Position numbers and translations under genes: made by a program. Shown in pieces: positions 10,465-20,478 of a DNA stretch of 64,000 nucleotides. This DNA is from a virus (taxonomy: Duplodnaviria > Caudoviricetes): the IMG/VR virus record IMGVR_UViG_3300029798_000001; one strand, 5' to 3'. Below the pieces are notes generated by a model. It saw only the letters and a program-made list of their open reading frames with translations, ran no database searches and was not told the origin of the DNA. Position 1 is the first letter of the stretch. Each line of letters opens with the position of its first letter.

Positions 10465-11616
10465 ATGGCAAAATCAAAAACTGAAATTGTAATTAAAAGA
10501 CTAAATCCAAAAGGTGCTGAAACCAAATATGTGGGCTTCGAACCCGAGTGGAAATTCCAACCCACAGAGGAAAATCGCAATTCTTCCTTTGCTAAAGCCT
10601 TCCAATGGTATGGCTATCACTACGGTAAAAAAGATGCCAAAGATATGCTGTGTCATTATTTAGAACACAACCATCGTCCTAAAGATGCTCGACTAATGCG
10701 TGGTATTCCAGACAGTCAAATCCGTCTAACACCAGCCTGGGTTTGCCGTATGACATTAATCGGCTTACTACTTACAGACCATGAACAGTGCATTATTGAT
10801 GATCAAATCAGCGCGATGCTTAAATCAAAACAAGAAGCTAAAAAGATAGAAGCAACTGACGGCGAAGTGGCACAACAAAAACTTACAATTCAAGACCACC
10901 TCCGCGAAAAAACCAGTGAGTGTTGCGGCGAACTAGAAGGTATGTTTGACGACTTTGTTGTAGCTGGCGCTAAGATGTCAGCAGACTTTAAGCCCATTGC
11001 CCTAATGCGTGGTATGAACATTAGTCCCAATATGGTCGGTACTGTGTCAGCAGTTTGGGAATTACGCCTTGCAGAATTTAACGAAGTGTTAGAAGGTACC
11101 GACGCTGACCTAGTCGAAGGCTACAGCCATCTTACACGACTACAACTTCGTAATTGTGTAAAATTCTGTGAAACGGTGATCAATGACTGCAACAGTTATG
11201 TACAGCTGAAAAAAGTTGAACGCAAACCTAGAGCTAAGAAAGCAGTAAGTCCAGAGCGCCAAAGCGTCAAATTTAAGTATCTTAAAGAGTTTACTGAACT
11301 TGGCCTTAAATCTGAAAATCCGGCTAAACTTGTAAATTCGTCCGAAGCGTGGCTGTATGATACTGCTAAACGCCGACTAATCCATGTCATGGCAGATAGT
11401 CATGTGGGAACATTTACAGTTAAGGGTAGTGCTATTGTAGGGTTTGATGCCCTAACAACCGTGCAAAAAACACTGCGTAAACCTCAGGAACAGTTAAAGA
11501 TGATTATGACCGCCGGAAAGCCCCAGGCTCGTCGAGAGTTCTCTAATATTAAAGCCACGGAAGTTAAGTTTAATGGCCGCGGCAACCCTAATTTGATCAT
11601 CCTGCGAGCTTGGTAA
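10465..11616 (+). CDS. Hypothetical protein (start likely MAKSK at 10465)
   Basis: Long ORF; the track's start at 10456 overlaps the -10 box, so the downstream ATG is preferred. Confidence 0.75.
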   Translation: MAKSKTEIVIKRLNPKGAETKYVGFEPEWKFQPTEENRNSSFAKAFQWYGYHYGKKDAKDMLCHYLEHNHRPKDARLMRGIPDSQIRLTPAWVCRMTLIGLLLTDHEQCIIDDQISAMLKSKQEAKKIEATDGEVAQQKLTIQDHLREKTSECCGELEGMFDDFVVAGAKMSADFKPIALMRGMNISPNMVGTVSAVWELRLAEFNEVLEGTDADLVEGYSHLTRLQLRNCVKFCETVINDCNSYVQLKKVERKPRAKKAVSPERQSVKFKYLKEFTELGLKSENPAKLVNSSEAWLYDTAKRRLIHVMADSHVGTFTVKGSAIVGFDALTTVQKTLRKPQEQLKMIMTAGKPQARREFSNIKATEVKFNGRGNPNLIILRAW

Positions 11617-11620
11617 ACTG

Positions 11621-11646
11621 CTAAATAATAGGAACCGGAGTTCCTA
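11621..11646 (+). promoter_or_regulatory. Late promoter (CTAAATA) plus RBS-sequestering hairpin
   Basis: CTAAATA at 11621-11627; stem TAGGAAC/GTTCCTA (11629-11646) covering GGAG directly before the ATG at 11647. Confidence 0.7.
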
Positions 11647-12417
11647 ATGGGTATCGAATCAGAAAACAGCTTAGACACACTAAAACAAGATTTATTTAAA
11701 TATGTAAGCCTTCAACTTGGCGCCCAGATCATTGATATTGAACTAGATGCCGAGCACTTTGAAGCAGCCTACAGAAATACAATTGGTACCTATCGTCAAC
11801 GGGCAGAAAACGCCTATGAAGAAAGTTACACTTTTATGGAACTGGTTACCAATGTTAACATCTATACATTGCCCCAGGAAGTACAATCAGTCCGCCAAAT
11901 TTTCCGTAGAACATTCGGAGATTCAACCGGCCCGTTCGCAAGTAATTTTGACCCATTTAGTCAGGCCAGTTTAAATGTTTATCTAATGAATTTTAATGTG
12001 GCAGGTGGCCTTGCCACATACGATTTCTATAGTCAATATGTAGAATTAGCCGGTCGTATGTTTGGTGCCTATATGGTTTATACATTTAACCCAACCACCA
12101 AAAAACTACAACTAATGCGTGATCCAAAAGGTACAGGCGAAAGCGTGTTACTTTGGACCTACAATTACAAACCAGAATTCAATTTACTAAGCGATCCGCA
12201 GATTACACAATGGATCCGTAATTATATGGTCGGCAACTGTAAACTTATAATCGGCGAAGCTCGTGAAAAATTTGCTAGTATCGCCGGCCCAAATAGCGGC
12301 ACAACCCTGAACGGTACAGCAATGAAGGCCGAAGGCCTGGCCATTATGCAACAGGGTATCGAAGACCTCAAAAACTATGTTGATAATTCACAACCTTTAA
12401 CTTGGGTTATTGGATAA
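11647..12417 (+). CDS. Neck protein, T4 gp13-like
   Basis: LKQDLFKYV.LQLGAQIIDIELD, CKLIIGEAREKF..I.GP..G.TLNG. Confidence 0.8.
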   Translation: MGIESENSLDTLKQDLFKYVSLQLGAQIIDIELDAEHFEAAYRNTIGTYRQRAENAYEESYTFMELVTNVNIYTLPQEVQSVRQIFRRTFGDSTGPFASNFDPFSQASLNVYLMNFNVAGGLATYDFYSQYVELAGRMFGAYMVYTFNPTTKKLQLMRDPKGTGESVLLWTYNYKPEFNLLSDPQITQWIRNYMVGNCKLIIGEAREKFASIAGPNSGTTLNGTAMKAEGLAIMQQGIEDLKNYVDNSQPLTWVIG

Positions 12418-12466
12418 TTGGGTAAGAATAAATAACATAAATGATAGGGTAGTGATAAATAGTAGT

Positions 12467-13270
12467 ATGAAAGATATACTACTTAATATTATACAAACAG
12501 ATAGTACCGCCAACAAATCAGCAACACGGTACCTATACAAAACACATCCGGACCTGTGGAAACAACTAGTAGAAGAAACAGCATTTCTTCCAGATACCGC
12601 ATTGGCTAAACAACGAGTATGGCATATATTAAATGATGTTTATAAAATACCACTTTGTCCTGTAGAAAATATTCCTCTCAAGTGGTGGGAAAATCGATAT
12701 CTTATTACTTCAAGTAGAACAGCAAAACAAAAATACAAATGGAGTAATGGCGATTACGCAAATGCTCATACACCGGAATCAAATAAGCAACGACAAGACG
12801 GTAATAATAAAGCAGTGCAGCGTGGTAGAAAATACAGAGATAATACCACATACACAGACGCAGATAGAGAAAAATCCAAACAAACTTGTTTAGAAAAATA
12901 TGGTGTAGAGAACGGTAGTCAGACCAAAGAAGCAAGAGATAAGGTAAGTGATGCTCGAATACGCAACGGTGCAACACCTAAGCATTTACGGTCTCTCCGC
13001 CGGTTGTATTATGACGCAGTATGGCGATTTACCGAAAAAAGTTGGCGAAATCATTTTGATAAAATAAATCCAGCTCGTTTACGCCGATCCGACAATGCGT
13101 TAGATCATATCTACTCAATACAGCAAGGATTCCGCGATTCGATCCCGCCCTACATAATCGGACATTGGACCAATTTAAGAGTAATCGGGTTGGTTGATAA
13201 CAGCATCAAAGGTATGCGATGCGACAAAACCAAAGAAGAGCTTTTTGAAGACTTTGAGCTTGTAATTTAA
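12467..13270 (+). mobile_element. Free-standing HNH-type homing endonuclease gene (start likely 12467)
   Basis: KQTCLEKYGVEN.SQ module; C-terminal LDHIYSIQQGF..IIGHWTNLRVI..N..KG; ATAAATA 5 nt before the ATG. Confidence 0.7.
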
Positions 13271-13288
13271 TTAAATTCCTGCTATAAT
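13260..13288 (+). promoter_or_regulatory. Sigma70-type promoter
   Basis: TTGTAA-N17-TATAAT; ATG 6 nt later. Confidence 0.7.
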
Positions 13289-13294
13289 CATAGA

Positions 13295-13816
13295 ATGGAC
13301 TTAATGATCGACCTGGAAGGCCTGGGAACAGGACCTGATACTACTATTTTAACTATTGCCGCACAGGCTTTTGATCCGTTTGGCTCCGGCTATTACGATC
13401 AACAATACTATGCCCGCATTACCTTAGAAAGCCAACCCAATCGTAGCATACAACAAGATACTATCGATTGGTGGGCTACTCAGCCTGCGGCCGCCCGTGA
13501 TGAGGCATTTATGGAAGAAGGTCGCATTGATTTAGATCAAGCATTAGATAGTCTAGGCAAATTAATTTGGCATGCTAAACGAATCTGGGCACAAGGTCCA
13601 ACTTATGACATGAACATTCTGGAAGACGCCTACAAAAGTTATAATAAACCCCTTCCGTGGCAGTTCTATGCTGTTCGTGATAGTCGCACTGTGTTCAGCT
13701 TATGGCCAGAACTACCGAAGCCTCCTACTACACACCATGCTCTTGAAGACTGCCGCAGACAAATAGACATGCTACAACAAACTCTTCGACAATTAAATGT
13801 AAAGGCTCTGGCGTAA
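13295..13816 (+). CDS. DEDDh 3'-5' exonuclease / exoribonuclease (DexA / RNase AS-like)
   Basis: LMIDLEGLG, WAQGPTYD, RDSRT, HHALEDC motifs. Confidence 0.85.
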   Translation: MDLMIDLEGLGTGPDTTILTIAAQAFDPFGSGYYDQQYYARITLESQPNRSIQQDTIDWWATQPAAARDEAFMEEGRIDLDQALDSLGKLIWHAKRIWAQGPTYDMNILEDAYKSYNKPLPWQFYAVRDSRTVFSLWPELPKPPTTHHALEDCRRQIDMLQQTLRQLNVKALA

Positions 13817-14919
13817 TGTCTAATAATACTTTTATTTGTAAAGCACCTTGGACTAGCATTGCTTTTCAACCTACCGGTGTAGCACCTTGTTGTATTTTTG
13901 ATTTAGATAAGGTCGAACAGTTCACAGATCCGCAGAATTTATTTCAACAAATTAAAACAGATTTTAAAAGTGGTAAAATACCATCAGGGTGTTCTAAATG
14001 TAATGAGAATATAACCCATGGATTACCTGGATACTATACCGGGTTTGACCAGTACACAACCGACTTTAATGAAACAATTATACAAGAAATCAATCTTAAA
14101 GCAAATAATTTTTGTAATTTGGCCTGCAGGAGCTGCGGCCCACATTTTAGTTCTAAATGGGAAGAAGAATTTAAAGGAACAATTATTATAACTAATGATG
14201 AGCAAGTTATGAGCAAGATTGGTCAGCTGGATATTTCCAAGTTAAAAACTATTATATTTGCCGGCGGTGAACCAACTATGTCCCCAGACCATGTAAAGTT
14301 ACTTAACATCCTGTTACAGAGTAATCACACAACCCCAGTAATTCGTATAGCAACAAATTTACACAATTTAACATATAAAAATATTGATTTAATTTCTCTC
14401 TGGAAACATTTTCCTAATCTTTATTTAAATGTTAGTATTGACGCTATCGAAGACCGGGCAAAATATATTAGATCTGGCACTAATTGGGAAAAAATGGTTT
14501 TAAATTTAAAAAAGTTATTAAGTTCTAATATTACTTGCGACGTAAGTTTTACTATTAGTGCATTAAACATATGGTTTATTGAAGAAACGCTTGACTATCT
14601 AAGAAAAGAGTTTGACATCGAAGTACCTAACTTTAATATATTATCATCTCCTGATATTTTAAATCTTTCGGTTATCCCTTTAGAATTTAAAGAAAAATTA
14701 AATATCATGCTCAACAGATGCTTATCCAAGGGATATCAAGTAGAAAAAATTACTCAGTATCTAAATTCATACGATACATCTTTTTTATGGCAAAGTTTTT
14801 TAATTTATAATCTCTTGTTAGATACATCTCGACAAGAACAATTTTGTCAAACCTTGCCAATTTTTGACTCTTTAATTTCAAGATGGGTCAAACAACCAGA
14901 TGTAAAGGAATTAAGATGA
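13816..14919 (+). CDS. Radical SAM enzyme with N-terminal Cys-rich (SPASM/twitch-like) region
   Basis: CNLACRSC, GGEP, VSIDA; N-terminal CKAPW..CC..CSKC. Confidence 0.85.
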   Translation: MSNNTFICKAPWTSIAFQPTGVAPCCIFDLDKVEQFTDPQNLFQQIKTDFKSGKIPSGCSKCNENITHGLPGYYTGFDQYTTDFNETIIQEINLKANNFCNLACRSCGPHFSSKWEEEFKGTIIITNDEQVMSKIGQLDISKLKTIIFAGGEPTMSPDHVKLLNILLQSNHTTPVIRIATNLHNLTYKNIDLISLWKHFPNLYLNVSIDAIEDRAKYIRSGTNWEKMVLNLKKLLSSNITCDVSFTISALNIWFIEETLDYLRKEFDIEVPNFNILSSPDILNLSVIPLEFKEKLNIMLNRCLSKGYQVEKITQYLNSYDTSFLWQSFLIYNLLLDTSRQEQFCQTLPIFDSLISRWVKQPDVKELR

Positions 14920-15563
14920 TCATCGGTATCTCAGGGTTCCAAGGGTCAGGCAAAGATACCATCGCAGATTATCTGCAGAACATCTACGGATTTAAACGGG
15001 ACAGTTTTGCTGCCACATTAAAAGATGCTGTAGCCGCAGTATTTGGCTGGGATCGTGAACTACTTGAAGGCCGTACCACAGAATCTAGAACCTGGAGAGA
15101 AACTGTAGATCCGTGGTGGGCCAAACGGCTCAACATGCCCGATCTAACTCCTCGCTTGGTGTTACAAAAATGGGGCACCGAAGTAGCCCGCAAATCCTGG
15201 CACGATGATACGTGGATCGCCAGTCTTGAAAATAAACTAGTAAAAGCACACAACGATATTGTTATTACAGATGTTCGTTTTCCTAACGAAATACTGGCAG
15301 TACGCAACGCCGGCGGTATTGTTATTCGTGTTACCCGCGGACCCGAACCATCCTGGTATGGCGTTGCGTTGGCCGCAAATAATCACTTACAACCAAATGC
15401 CTCTGCAGAAATACTAACAGAGCTAGGCATACACCCTTCGGAATGGGCATGGGTTGGCACCGAGTTTGATGCTACAATTGATAACAATTCTCCTGGACTA
15501 GACAATCTCTATCGCCAGGTTAAAGATCTGGTTCTAAGTCTCCAGCCTTCCACGCCAGGTTAG
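14916..15563 (+). CDS. Deoxynucleoside monophosphate kinase, T4 gp1-like (start 14916)
   Basis: MIIGISGFQGSGKDT P-loop, FAATLKD, PRLVLQKWGTE, ITDVRFPNE; AAGGA upstream; ATGA overlap. Confidence 0.9.
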   Translation: MIIGISGFQGSGKDTIADYLQNIYGFKRDSFAATLKDAVAAVFGWDRELLEGRTTESRTWRETVDPWWAKRLNMPDLTPRLVLQKWGTEVARKSWHDDTWIASLENKLVKAHNDIVITDVRFPNEILAVRNAGGIVIRVTRGPEPSWYGVALAANNHLQPNASAEILTELGIHPSEWAWVGTEFDATIDNNSPGLDNLYRQVKDLVLSLQPSTPG

Positions 15564-15867
15564 ATTTAGCGACCTCTACTACACAATTTTGACAAACAGT
15601 TTTTAAATTTCTAACAGCACTATTATTCATGTTGCCGTCTACATGATATACTAGTAACTGTGCGGCATACTTTGCCCTAAACCCACATCGATCACATGTG
15701 GGTTTTTTCTTATATCCAGATTTGACCCATCGAGCTTCTGGAGGTTTTTGTCTCCGCCCTCTCTTAATACAATGGTCGCAACGACTGCGATAGTGGGCTA
15801 CACCATCTCGATGGTAGTTTACAGCACAAAATCGTTGACTACAGGCTAAACAAGTGGGTCTTTCCAT
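15520..15867 (-). CDS. Zn-finger HNH nuclease-like protein (start likely MERPTC at 15867)
   Basis: CxxC pairs; HVDGNMNN..NL.TVCQNC; ATAAGTA 5 nt upstream. Confidence 0.65.
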   Translation of the reverse strand: MERPTCLACSQRFCAVNYHRDGVAHYRSRCDHCIKRGRRQKPPEARWVKSGYKKKPTCDRCGFRAKYAAQLLVYHVDGNMNNSAVRNLKTVCQNCVVEVAKSNLAWKAGDLEPDL

Positions 15868-15929
15868 ACGAATACTTATGAAAACCTTTGCCAAAGGGAC
15901 GCAATACGGCAGTCTTTTTGTCTCATCCG

Positions 15930-15936
15930 ATAAATA
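15930..15936 (+). promoter_or_regulatory. T4-like late promoter
   Basis: ATAAATA upstream of the sheath RBS (AAGGA). Confidence 0.6.
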
Positions 15937-15962
15937 TCTATATTAATAAAAAGGATTTTGTT

Positions 15963-18900
15963 ATGACCTTACTATCACCTGGTGTACAAGTTAGTGTAAT
16001 TGATCAAAGTAATTACACCCCAGCCGCTTCCGGCTCAATACCATATTTTTTAATTGCTACAGCACAGAATAAAATTTCTGGAGCAGGTACCGGAGTTGCT
16101 CCAGGTACACTGGCTGTTAATGCTAATCAACTATATTTGATGTCAAGTCAACGAGATTTGTTATCGACATATGGCGTTCCGTTCTTTTACAATACTACAG
16201 CCGGAACCCCTATTAACGGTTACGAGCTCAACGAATACGGCTTATTGGCTGCTTACTCGGCATTGGGTGTAACAAATACAGCCTATGTACAACGGGTAGA
16301 TATTGATCTAGCAGCGTTGACCGCTACATTAAATCGTCCAGTTGGCGCTCCTGCTAACGGCACTTATTGGTTTGACACTACAGATTCCAAATTTGGGCTT
16401 AACCAATGGAATCAAACAACATCGGCATTTATTGATCAGACTCCGTCGGTTATCACAGATACTGTTTATTTAGAAACAGCTACCACAGTTCCGTTGCAAA
16501 GTTATGGTAGTATTGGAAATTATGCGGTAGTTGCAACATCATTAACTAACCCAATTTATTACAAGCGTAGTGGACCTACCACTGCCCAAGCACCGGGTTG
16601 GTTGCAAGATAGCTACAGCGCCGATGATTTATATAATACCTGGGTATTAGTTGGTAGTAACGAATGGAAAACATCTTGGGCCACAATCCAAGGAACTACA
16701 GCACCTTCTAGTTTGCCTGTTGGGAATACGATTGTAATTAATAACACTACAATTACTATTGCTAGCGGTCCAAATAATACAGTACAGTATCTAGCTGGCC
16801 AAATCAACAGCGCACTTAATAACGATGGTGTATATGCAGCCAATATTGGCGGAAGTTTAAATTTATATGCTGATGGTAATGCACTGGGCGCTGATCTTAC
16901 AGTAACCGGAGCTTCGGTTGCTAATTCTGTTGCTACATTGACTTTTGCTACAACCACAGTAGCACCATTTACCGTTGGTTCTTCAATTACAGTTGCTGGC
17001 GTTGTTGATAGCGGCACTGGTTCTGAATATGATGGAATTTATACAGTAACCGCTTGTGGTAATTCTAGTGTATCATATGCTAGTACAGCTACTGGTGGAT
17101 ATACCAGTGGCGGAACAATTACTCAACCCGGTAATATTTTTATTCAAAATGGAACTGGAACAATATTAACCACATTAGGAATTACTGCTGGCTCCTATGC
17201 TTCCCCTGCGTATTTTGCTGGAGCAAATTACCAAGCACCAAGATGGCGTGCCAGTGATATTATTCCTGAGCCCACTGGCTCGGTATTCCAACAAACAAAC
17301 AGCGTTAATCAAGGTACAACTATAATTGTAAAACGATTTAACAGTACCCTTGGAACATATGTATTGCAAGCATGTCCTGTATATTCAAATAATGCTACGG
17401 CTACTTATGGATTAGATCCAGTGAACGGTGGTCAGAGTATTCCGTCTGGCACCACCTATGCTCAGATCGACCCATACAGTAATTCAACAGCTGGTTTTCA
17501 AATACTTGAAAGATTAGCCCCAGGCGCCACAGTAATTACTGGAACAGCAACTAATCCAACTTTTGCAACAACTATCGCTGTAACTGGTGCAAGTGGCACA
17601 GGCACTGTTGCAACTTTAACTTTTGCAGAACAAGCAACGGTATTATTTGCAACAGGCTCAACAATTACCGTGGCTGGACTTACTAGCACGGGCTCGGTAT
17701 ATAACGGAACTCACACAGTAACAGCATGTACTACAACCAGTGTATCATGGTCAGGCGCAGAAAATGGTACTTATGTTGCAGGTGGCACAATTGCATCCTC
17801 AGCAACATTTGCATCATTTACAATTTCAGCCACAGAGCCAGAAACAGGCACATATACTATTCCGGTAACGGCTACAATAGTAGGATCCACTACAGCAGAT
17901 TTTGTGGCTGCGGTTAGTGCCGCCAGTGTACCGAATGTTAGTGCCACTGTTAATAGCTCTGGTGCAGTTGTATTAACACACGCCACCGGTGGTGATATTG
18001 TTCTAGTTGATGGATTACAGACACCAATTAATGTAGTTGGATTTGATGTATATACAAGCCCATCTACTGCGTATAGTGTTGGTGTAACATATGTAAATTT
18101 AGTTAATCCTACTGATGGATATATCCTTAGTAACTGGGTTACTGCTCCGACATTTAACTATATTTCCTATGCTAATCCTCCTGAAATTGATCCTGCATCT
18201 GGAACATATTGGTATTATAGCGATGCTACAACTGCTGATATTATGATCCAAAATAATGGAGCATGGATGGGTTATCAAATGGTAACCAATGATGTTCGTG
18301 GCTACAACCTAAGTCAAACAAATGCTGCTGGGCCAATCTTTAGTGCAACCGCGCCAACAACACAAACTAATGCAGCACAAAGTCCATTGGTATATGGAGA
18401 TTTATGGATTGATACAAGTGATTTGGAATTGTATCCTATGATTAATCGTTGGGAAAATCTTAACGGCCAAGATCAATGGGTGACTATTAATAATACAGAT
18501 CAAAGCACAATCAACGGTGTACTGTTTGCTGATGCTCGTTGGGCACCAAACGGCACAACTAATCCAGTAACAGATCCAATTCCTGCAATTACTAGTTTAT
18601 TGGTTAGCGATTATTTAGATCTCGACGCCCCAAATCCTTTGCTATATCCAGAAGGTATGCTGTTGTGGAATAGTCGTCGTTCAGGATTTAATGTTAAGGC
18701 ATTTGAATATAATTATTTTAATGCAACTAGCTATCCATACCCAGATGTATTGCCAGATCAAACAAGTACTTGGGTAACTGCCAGTGGTCTTCGTATCGAC
18801 GGTAGTCCAAATATGGGTCGTCAAGCTCAACGGGCAATTATTGTCAAGGCATTAAGAACCGGTATTGATACAAATACACAGATTCTTGAAAATACGACAC

Positions 18901-19763
18901 AGTTTAATTTGTTGGCATGCCCACAATATCCAGAGCTTGCTCCTGATATGGTAATAGTAAATAATAATCGCGGCGACACAGGATTTATTGTAGTTGATAC
19001 ACCGTTGCGTTTATCGCCTGCTAATGTAGTTACATGGGCAACAAATAACAATGGATTGGGTATTGTCACTGGTGATGGTAACTTAGCTGTAGGTCAAGCA
19101 TATGCGGCTGCATTCTACCCAAGTTGTCAGACAACAGACTTGAGCGGTAATTTGGTAGTTACAGCACCAAGCCATATGATGATTCGTACAATTATTCGTA
19201 GTGATGCGGTTAGCTATCCATGGTTTGCACCAGCCGGCCTACGCCGTGGTGTAGTAGACAATGCTATACAAATTGGCTATATTAATGAAGCGACTGGCGA
19301 GTTTATAACAACTAGTGTAAATCAAGGTATTCGTGATGTGCTGTATCAAAATGATGTAAATCCAATTACATTCATTCCTGGATCAGGCATTACTAACTTT
19401 GGTAACCATACACTACAAGGTAACGCTACTGCATTAGATCGTATCAATGTGGCACGATTAGTAGCATACCTGCGTGGACAATTAGAAGTAATTGGTAATC
19501 AATATTTGTTTGAACCAAACGATACAATTACTCGTAAGGCAATCTCAGCTCAGATTACCTCGTTGATGAACGCACTGGTTAGCCAGCGCGGTATTTACGA
19601 TTACTTGGTAGTTTGTGATTTGTCAAACAATACTCCTGCAACAATTGATGCAAATGAGTTGTTTGTTGATATTGCAATTGAACCAGTGAAAGCTGTCGAG
19701 TTTATCTACATACCAATGCGTATTCAGAATACAGGCACTATTGCAGCACAAGGATCGGCATAA
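15963..19763 (+). CDS. Contractile tail sheath protein, gp18-like (start MTLLSPG at 15963)
   Basis: LLSPGVQVSVID start; PWFAPAG.RRG, LYQNDVNPI, RINVARL, FEPND, IEPVKAVEFIYIP. Confidence 0.95.
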   Translation: MTLLSPGVQVSVIDQSNYTPAASGSIPYFLIATAQNKISGAGTGVAPGTLAVNANQLYLMSSQRDLLSTYGVPFFYNTTAGTPINGYELNEYGLLAAYSALGVTNTAYVQRVDIDLAALTATLNRPVGAPANGTYWFDTTDSKFGLNQWNQTTSAFIDQTPSVITDTVYLETATTVPLQSYGSIGNYAVVATSLTNPIYYKRSGPTTAQAPGWLQDSYSADDLYNTWVLVGSNEWKTSWATIQGTTAPSSLPVGNTIVINNTTITIASGPNNTVQYLAGQINSALNNDGVYAANIGGSLNLYADGNALGADLTVTGASVANSVATLTFATTTVAPFTVGSSITVAGVVDSGTGSEYDGIYTVTACGNSSVSYASTATGGYTSGGTITQPGNIFIQNGTGTILTTLGITAGSYASPAYFAGANYQAPRWRASDIIPEPTGSVFQQTNSVNQGTTIIVKRFNSTLGTYVLQACPVYSNNATATYGLDPVNGGQSIPSGTTYAQIDPYSNSTAGFQILERLAPGATVITGTATNPTFATTIAVTGASGTGTVATLTFAEQATVLFATGSTITVAGLTSTGSVYNGTHTVTACTTTSVSWSGAENGTYVAGGTIASSATFASFTISATEPETGTYTIPVTATIVGSTTADFVAAVSAASVPNVSATVNSSGAVVLTHATGGDIVLVDGLQTPINVVGFDVYTSPSTAYSVGVTYVNLVNPTDGYILSNWVTAPTFNYISYANPPEIDPASGTYWYYSDATTADIMIQNNGAWMGYQMVTNDVRGYNLSQTNAAGPIFSATAPTTQTNAAQSPLVYGDLWIDTSDLELYPMINRWENLNGQDQWVTINNTDQSTINGVLFADARWAPNGTTNPVTDPIPAITSLLVSDYLDLDAPNPLLYPEGMLLWNSRRSGFNVKAFEYNYFNATSYPYPDVLPDQTSTWVTASGLRIDGSPNMGRQAQRAIIVKALRTGIDTNTQILENTTQFNLLACPQYPELAPDMVIVNNNRGDTGFIVVDTPLRLSPANVVTWATNNNGLGIVTGDGNLAVGQAYAAAFYPSCQTTDLSGNLVVTAPSHMMIRTIIRSDAVSYPWFAPAGLRRGVVDNAIQIGYINEATGEFITTSVNQGIRDVLYQNDVNPITFIPGSGITNFGNHTLQGNATALDRINVARLVAYLRGQLEVIGNQYLFEPNDTITRKAISAQITSLMNALVSQRGIYDYLVVCDLSNNTPATIDANELFVDIAIEPVKAVEFIYIPMRIQNTGTIAAQGSA

Positions 19764-19768
19764 TTTGA

Positions 19769-19801
19769 TTCCAGGCAAAAACATCAAATTTTTGTCTGGA
19801 A
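19769..19801 (+). other. 13-bp stem-loop between the sheath and tube genes
   Basis: TTCCAGGCAAAAA / TTTTTGTCTGGAA, with one G-U pair. Confidence 0.7.
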
Positions 19802-19809
19802 CAATTACC

Positions 19810-19816
19810 ATAAATA
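19810..19816 (+). promoter_or_regulatory. T4-like late promoter
   Basis: ATAAATA followed by AGGAG and the tube gene ATG. Confidence 0.65.
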
Positions 19817-19838
19817 AAGTATATTAGGAGATTAGATA

Positions 19839-20468
19839 ATGGCAACAGCATCATTAACAAAGATGAGCGTACCGGCAGCGGATAATAGTACACCTAGCCA
19901 AGGTTTATTGATGCCGAAGCTGCAGTATCGCTTTAGAGTAACATTCACAAATTTTGGTATTAATACTGCTACAGGCCCAATTACCCAACAGGTTATGGAA
20001 TTTGCCCGGCCTAGTTTAACTTTTGAAAATATTGATCTTCCTATCTATAACAGTACTGTTAAAATTGCTGGCAAACATGCGTGGCAAGATATTACTTGTA
20101 AAATTCGTGACGATGCTTCTGGTACAGCCAGTGCATTAGTTGGCGGACAGTTACAGAAGCAATTAGACTTTAATGAACAAAGTTCATCGTCGGCTGGTAT
20201 TAATTATAAATTTACCGCTCAGTTTGATGTGCTTGATGGTGGCAATGGTACCAATGCTCCTACTATATTAGAAACATGGTATCTCTATGGTGCGTACCTA
20301 CAGGCTGTAAACTACGATGCTGCTAACTATGGTAGTAACGAAGTTATGACAATCACCATGACTATTAGATATGACAATGCAGAACAAGCAGTTAACGGAG
20401 TTGGATCAATATCTACTGCTAGTGTTCCAGGACAAGGCGCTCAAGGTCAGCCAATATCTACTGGCTAA
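19839..20468 (+). CDS. Tail tube protein, gp19-like
   Basis: PKLQYRFRV, KIAGKHAW.DI, W.LYGAY, I.MTIRYD; position after the sheath gene. Confidence 0.85.
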   Translation: MATASLTKMSVPAADNSTPSQGLLMPKLQYRFRVTFTNFGINTATGPITQQVMEFARPSLTFENIDLPIYNSTVKIAGKHAWQDITCKIRDDASGTASALVGGQLQKQLDFNEQSSSSAGINYKFTAQFDVLDGGNGTNAPTILETWYLYGAYLQAVNYDAANYGSNEVMTITMTIRYDNAEQAVNGVGSISTASVPGQGAQGQPISTG

Positions 20469-20478
20469 GATTTAGCTC

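Noticed and set aside
12418-12440. Possible duplicated gp13 3' end beside the HNH gene
   Set aside because: Only a 6-nt TTGGGT echo; too short to support a replacement event like the one at 28468
15888-15962. ORF-track 5' extension of the sheath gene
   Set aside because: Late promoter and RBS lie inside it; the conserved start is MTLLSPG at 15963
16613-19811. Minus-strand ORFs within the sheath gene
   Set aside because: Antisense shadows with no recognisable motifs
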